From: Octopus sinensis | Lineage: Eukaryota | Length of the DNA: 64,000 nucleotides | Reading direction: 5' to 3' | Assembly (NCBI RefSeq): GCF_006345805.1 | Contig: NC_043015.1 | Span: forward strand, 39,742,001-39,806,000 | Position numbers and translations under genes: made by a program | The notes under the pieces: generated by a model | Database searches by the model: none | Seen by the model: the letters and a program-made list of their open reading frames with translations, nothing else | Told to the model about the DNA's origin: nothing | In this document: one piece after another, positions 62,009-64,000 of the stretch | How the letters are laid out: each line of letters starts with the position of its first letter | Numbering within the stretch: the stretch's first letter is position 1

Positions 62009-63809
62009 AAATAATTATTATTATTTGAGGGAATATTATTCCTAACTTACAGAGACAAATTCAATTTAGAAATACTAAATCAAATTTCACAAAATATAAT
62101 ATATATATATATATATAAATTAGAAAAAAAAATACCTTTTATCAATTCAAAATGAACAATTAAATTACACCATCTAGAAAATTACATGATAGAAGTATTA
62201 AAATAACAATAATATACCAATGATTAAGTAAATTGCAAAATAATAATAAAAACGTATATATATTCATTTTGAATTGATAAAAGGTGATTTTTTTCTAATT
62301 TTTATATAGTATGTATATAGGTATGTTGATGCAAACATGATAAATAGAACTCAAAATATGAGTATATGTATATTTTTATTAATATTAAGCAGAAACTTCT
62401 GCTAAATATTAATATATTTGTGTGTGTGTGTGTGTGCTTGCTTTTGGTATATGTGTGTATATATATGTATTCAGTATCCTAAAGCCCATCATTATTGTTA
62501 ATAAGATTTACTAACTTCACTTGAGAAGGTGAGAATTACCTTTCATAACGACCCTTCCATACAGTGTATTCTCACAAAAGCCCTGAAAACTGCTAATATT
62601 TCCCTAGTTTATCTTAGTACCACCACCACAACTACAACAGTAACAACAACAACACCACTACCGTGTTTATGTGTGCCATGCCCTGTAGGTGTTAGACAAC
62701 ATTCGGATTAACTTGTATAAACAGCTTTAACTGATCTGCTGCCTGTTACACGTATATATATATGTATATATATATATACACACACACACACACGTGTGTG
62801 TATATGCTTATATATATATATGCTAACCCATACACATATTTTGTTTTGTGGGAACTGTGATGCCCTTGGAGGCAGAGTTAATTCTGTATCAGTGAAGTCT
62901 GCTGACATAACATAGGTGCCAGGGAGAGAGAGAGAGAGGGAAAGAGAAGAGTAGACTCGTTAGGGATGTCTTTTGTTAATTGTAATTTCGTACTGATAAG
63001 ATGGTAGCAATACAGCTTCCACGATGTTTACATCATTTCTGAAACTATGAAAACAGCCAGGAGCAAGATGTCTGCACCAGTTGCGGTATTTAACGAATCT
63101 TCTAATTGTGTCCATTTAGGGTTTATTCTCACAGTCTGTCAGATTTAACCCAGTTTTATCTCAAATTCTCTTACCACATAATGTCATTTTACTTGGCTTT
63201 ATAATTGCTGAGCTTTAAAACAGCTTATAATTCAACATGTTATTTCTCGTGTTGATCCCTTTTTTTTTATTTGCCTATTGAACCCTTTATTTCTCATGTT
63301 ACCCCTTTTTACTTACTAATCCTCTGTGTCTCTCATTTTAACCCCTCTTCCTGTGTTAGCCCTTCCTTACTGCTTGTCTTTAACCCTTCTTTTTTTTTTG
63401 TATTTGTCTGGAGGCAAAGGGTCAACTATTTTCCCCCCACTGACTAGAAAGGGTCAAAAGTCAGTCCTCACTGACTTCATTTTCACAGACTATAATTCAA
63501 GTCAAGAAATCTCAGTGTAGGACGCCCCCCCCTTCTTCATTTTCTAAGTCATTTACTCTTATTGATGAGTTACCACTTCATCATCCTCATCATCATCATA
63601 CATCCATTTTTGTTGCTAGTATGGGTCAGATGGTTTGTCGCAGTCTGACCATGTTCTTATTTGGAATTGTTACCTCCTGGGCAAGTCGGGGGACCAAGTC
63701 TCATTTGTATGTTTCGGTTTTGGAAAGTTTCTCTTATCTACTCTCCAAGACTGGTTACCATTATGTTAGATAATGGCACTAACTTACCACTCACTCACAC
63801 ACACACTGG

Positions 63810-64000
63810 TATTTTTATATGCTGGTGGCACATAAAAAGCACCATTCAAGCGTGGCCAATGCCAGTACCGCTTCATTGGCCCTCATGCTGGTGGCACATA
63901 AAAAGCACCTACTACACTCTCTTGAGTGGTTGGCATTAGGATGGGCATCCAGCTGCAGAAACCTTGCCAGATCATATTGGGGCCTGGTGCAACCTTCTGG
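63810..64000 (+). mobile_element. RTE LINE 3' UTR copy, cut by the window end
   Basis: GGCACATAAAAAGCACC units, then TTAGGATGGGCATCCAGCTGCAGAAAC. Confidence 0.8.

Noticed and set aside
63277-63320. IEPFI.. resembling the next Dock exon (VEPFF)
   Set aside because: No AG acceptor directly before it, the downstream residues do not match, and it lies in a short local repeat.
1-64000. CRISPR arrays, rRNA, prokaryotic operons
   Set aside because: None seen. The regularly spaced repeats lack unique spacers and the DNA is eukaryotic intronic/intergenic.

Overview
AT-rich, microsatellite-dense animal genomic DNA. The SINE/LINE repertoire resembles Octopus repeats, so a coleoid cephalopod origin is inferred, not proven. 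The only supportable protein-coding gene is a + strand Dock-D/zizimin (DOCK9/10/11-like) Cdc42/Rac GEF. Nine GT-AG exons between 40525 and 60248 splice in frame (1098 nt, 366 codons) and encode the N-terminal region, the whole PH domain and the start of the pre-DHR1 region. Its first coding exon and all exons after 60248 were not found. The rest is intronic/intergenic DNA with tRNA-derived SINEs (three families), about 20 copies of an RTE LINE 3' tail, non-autonomous Helitrons, Helentron-like elements, piggyBac- and mariner-type MITEs, LINE relics and simple repeats. Nearly all ORFs in the supplied track are microsatellite artefacts. The most interesting signal is a set of about 8 short Penelope-like terminal sequences, each carrying a minimal type I hammerhead ribozyme motif. 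These include C3-G8, U3-A8 and G3-C8 core variants and an A6U variant. Three of them sit in fold-back (inverted) insertions, including a perfect 104-bp palindrome. All RNA structures were paired by eye and none was tested.
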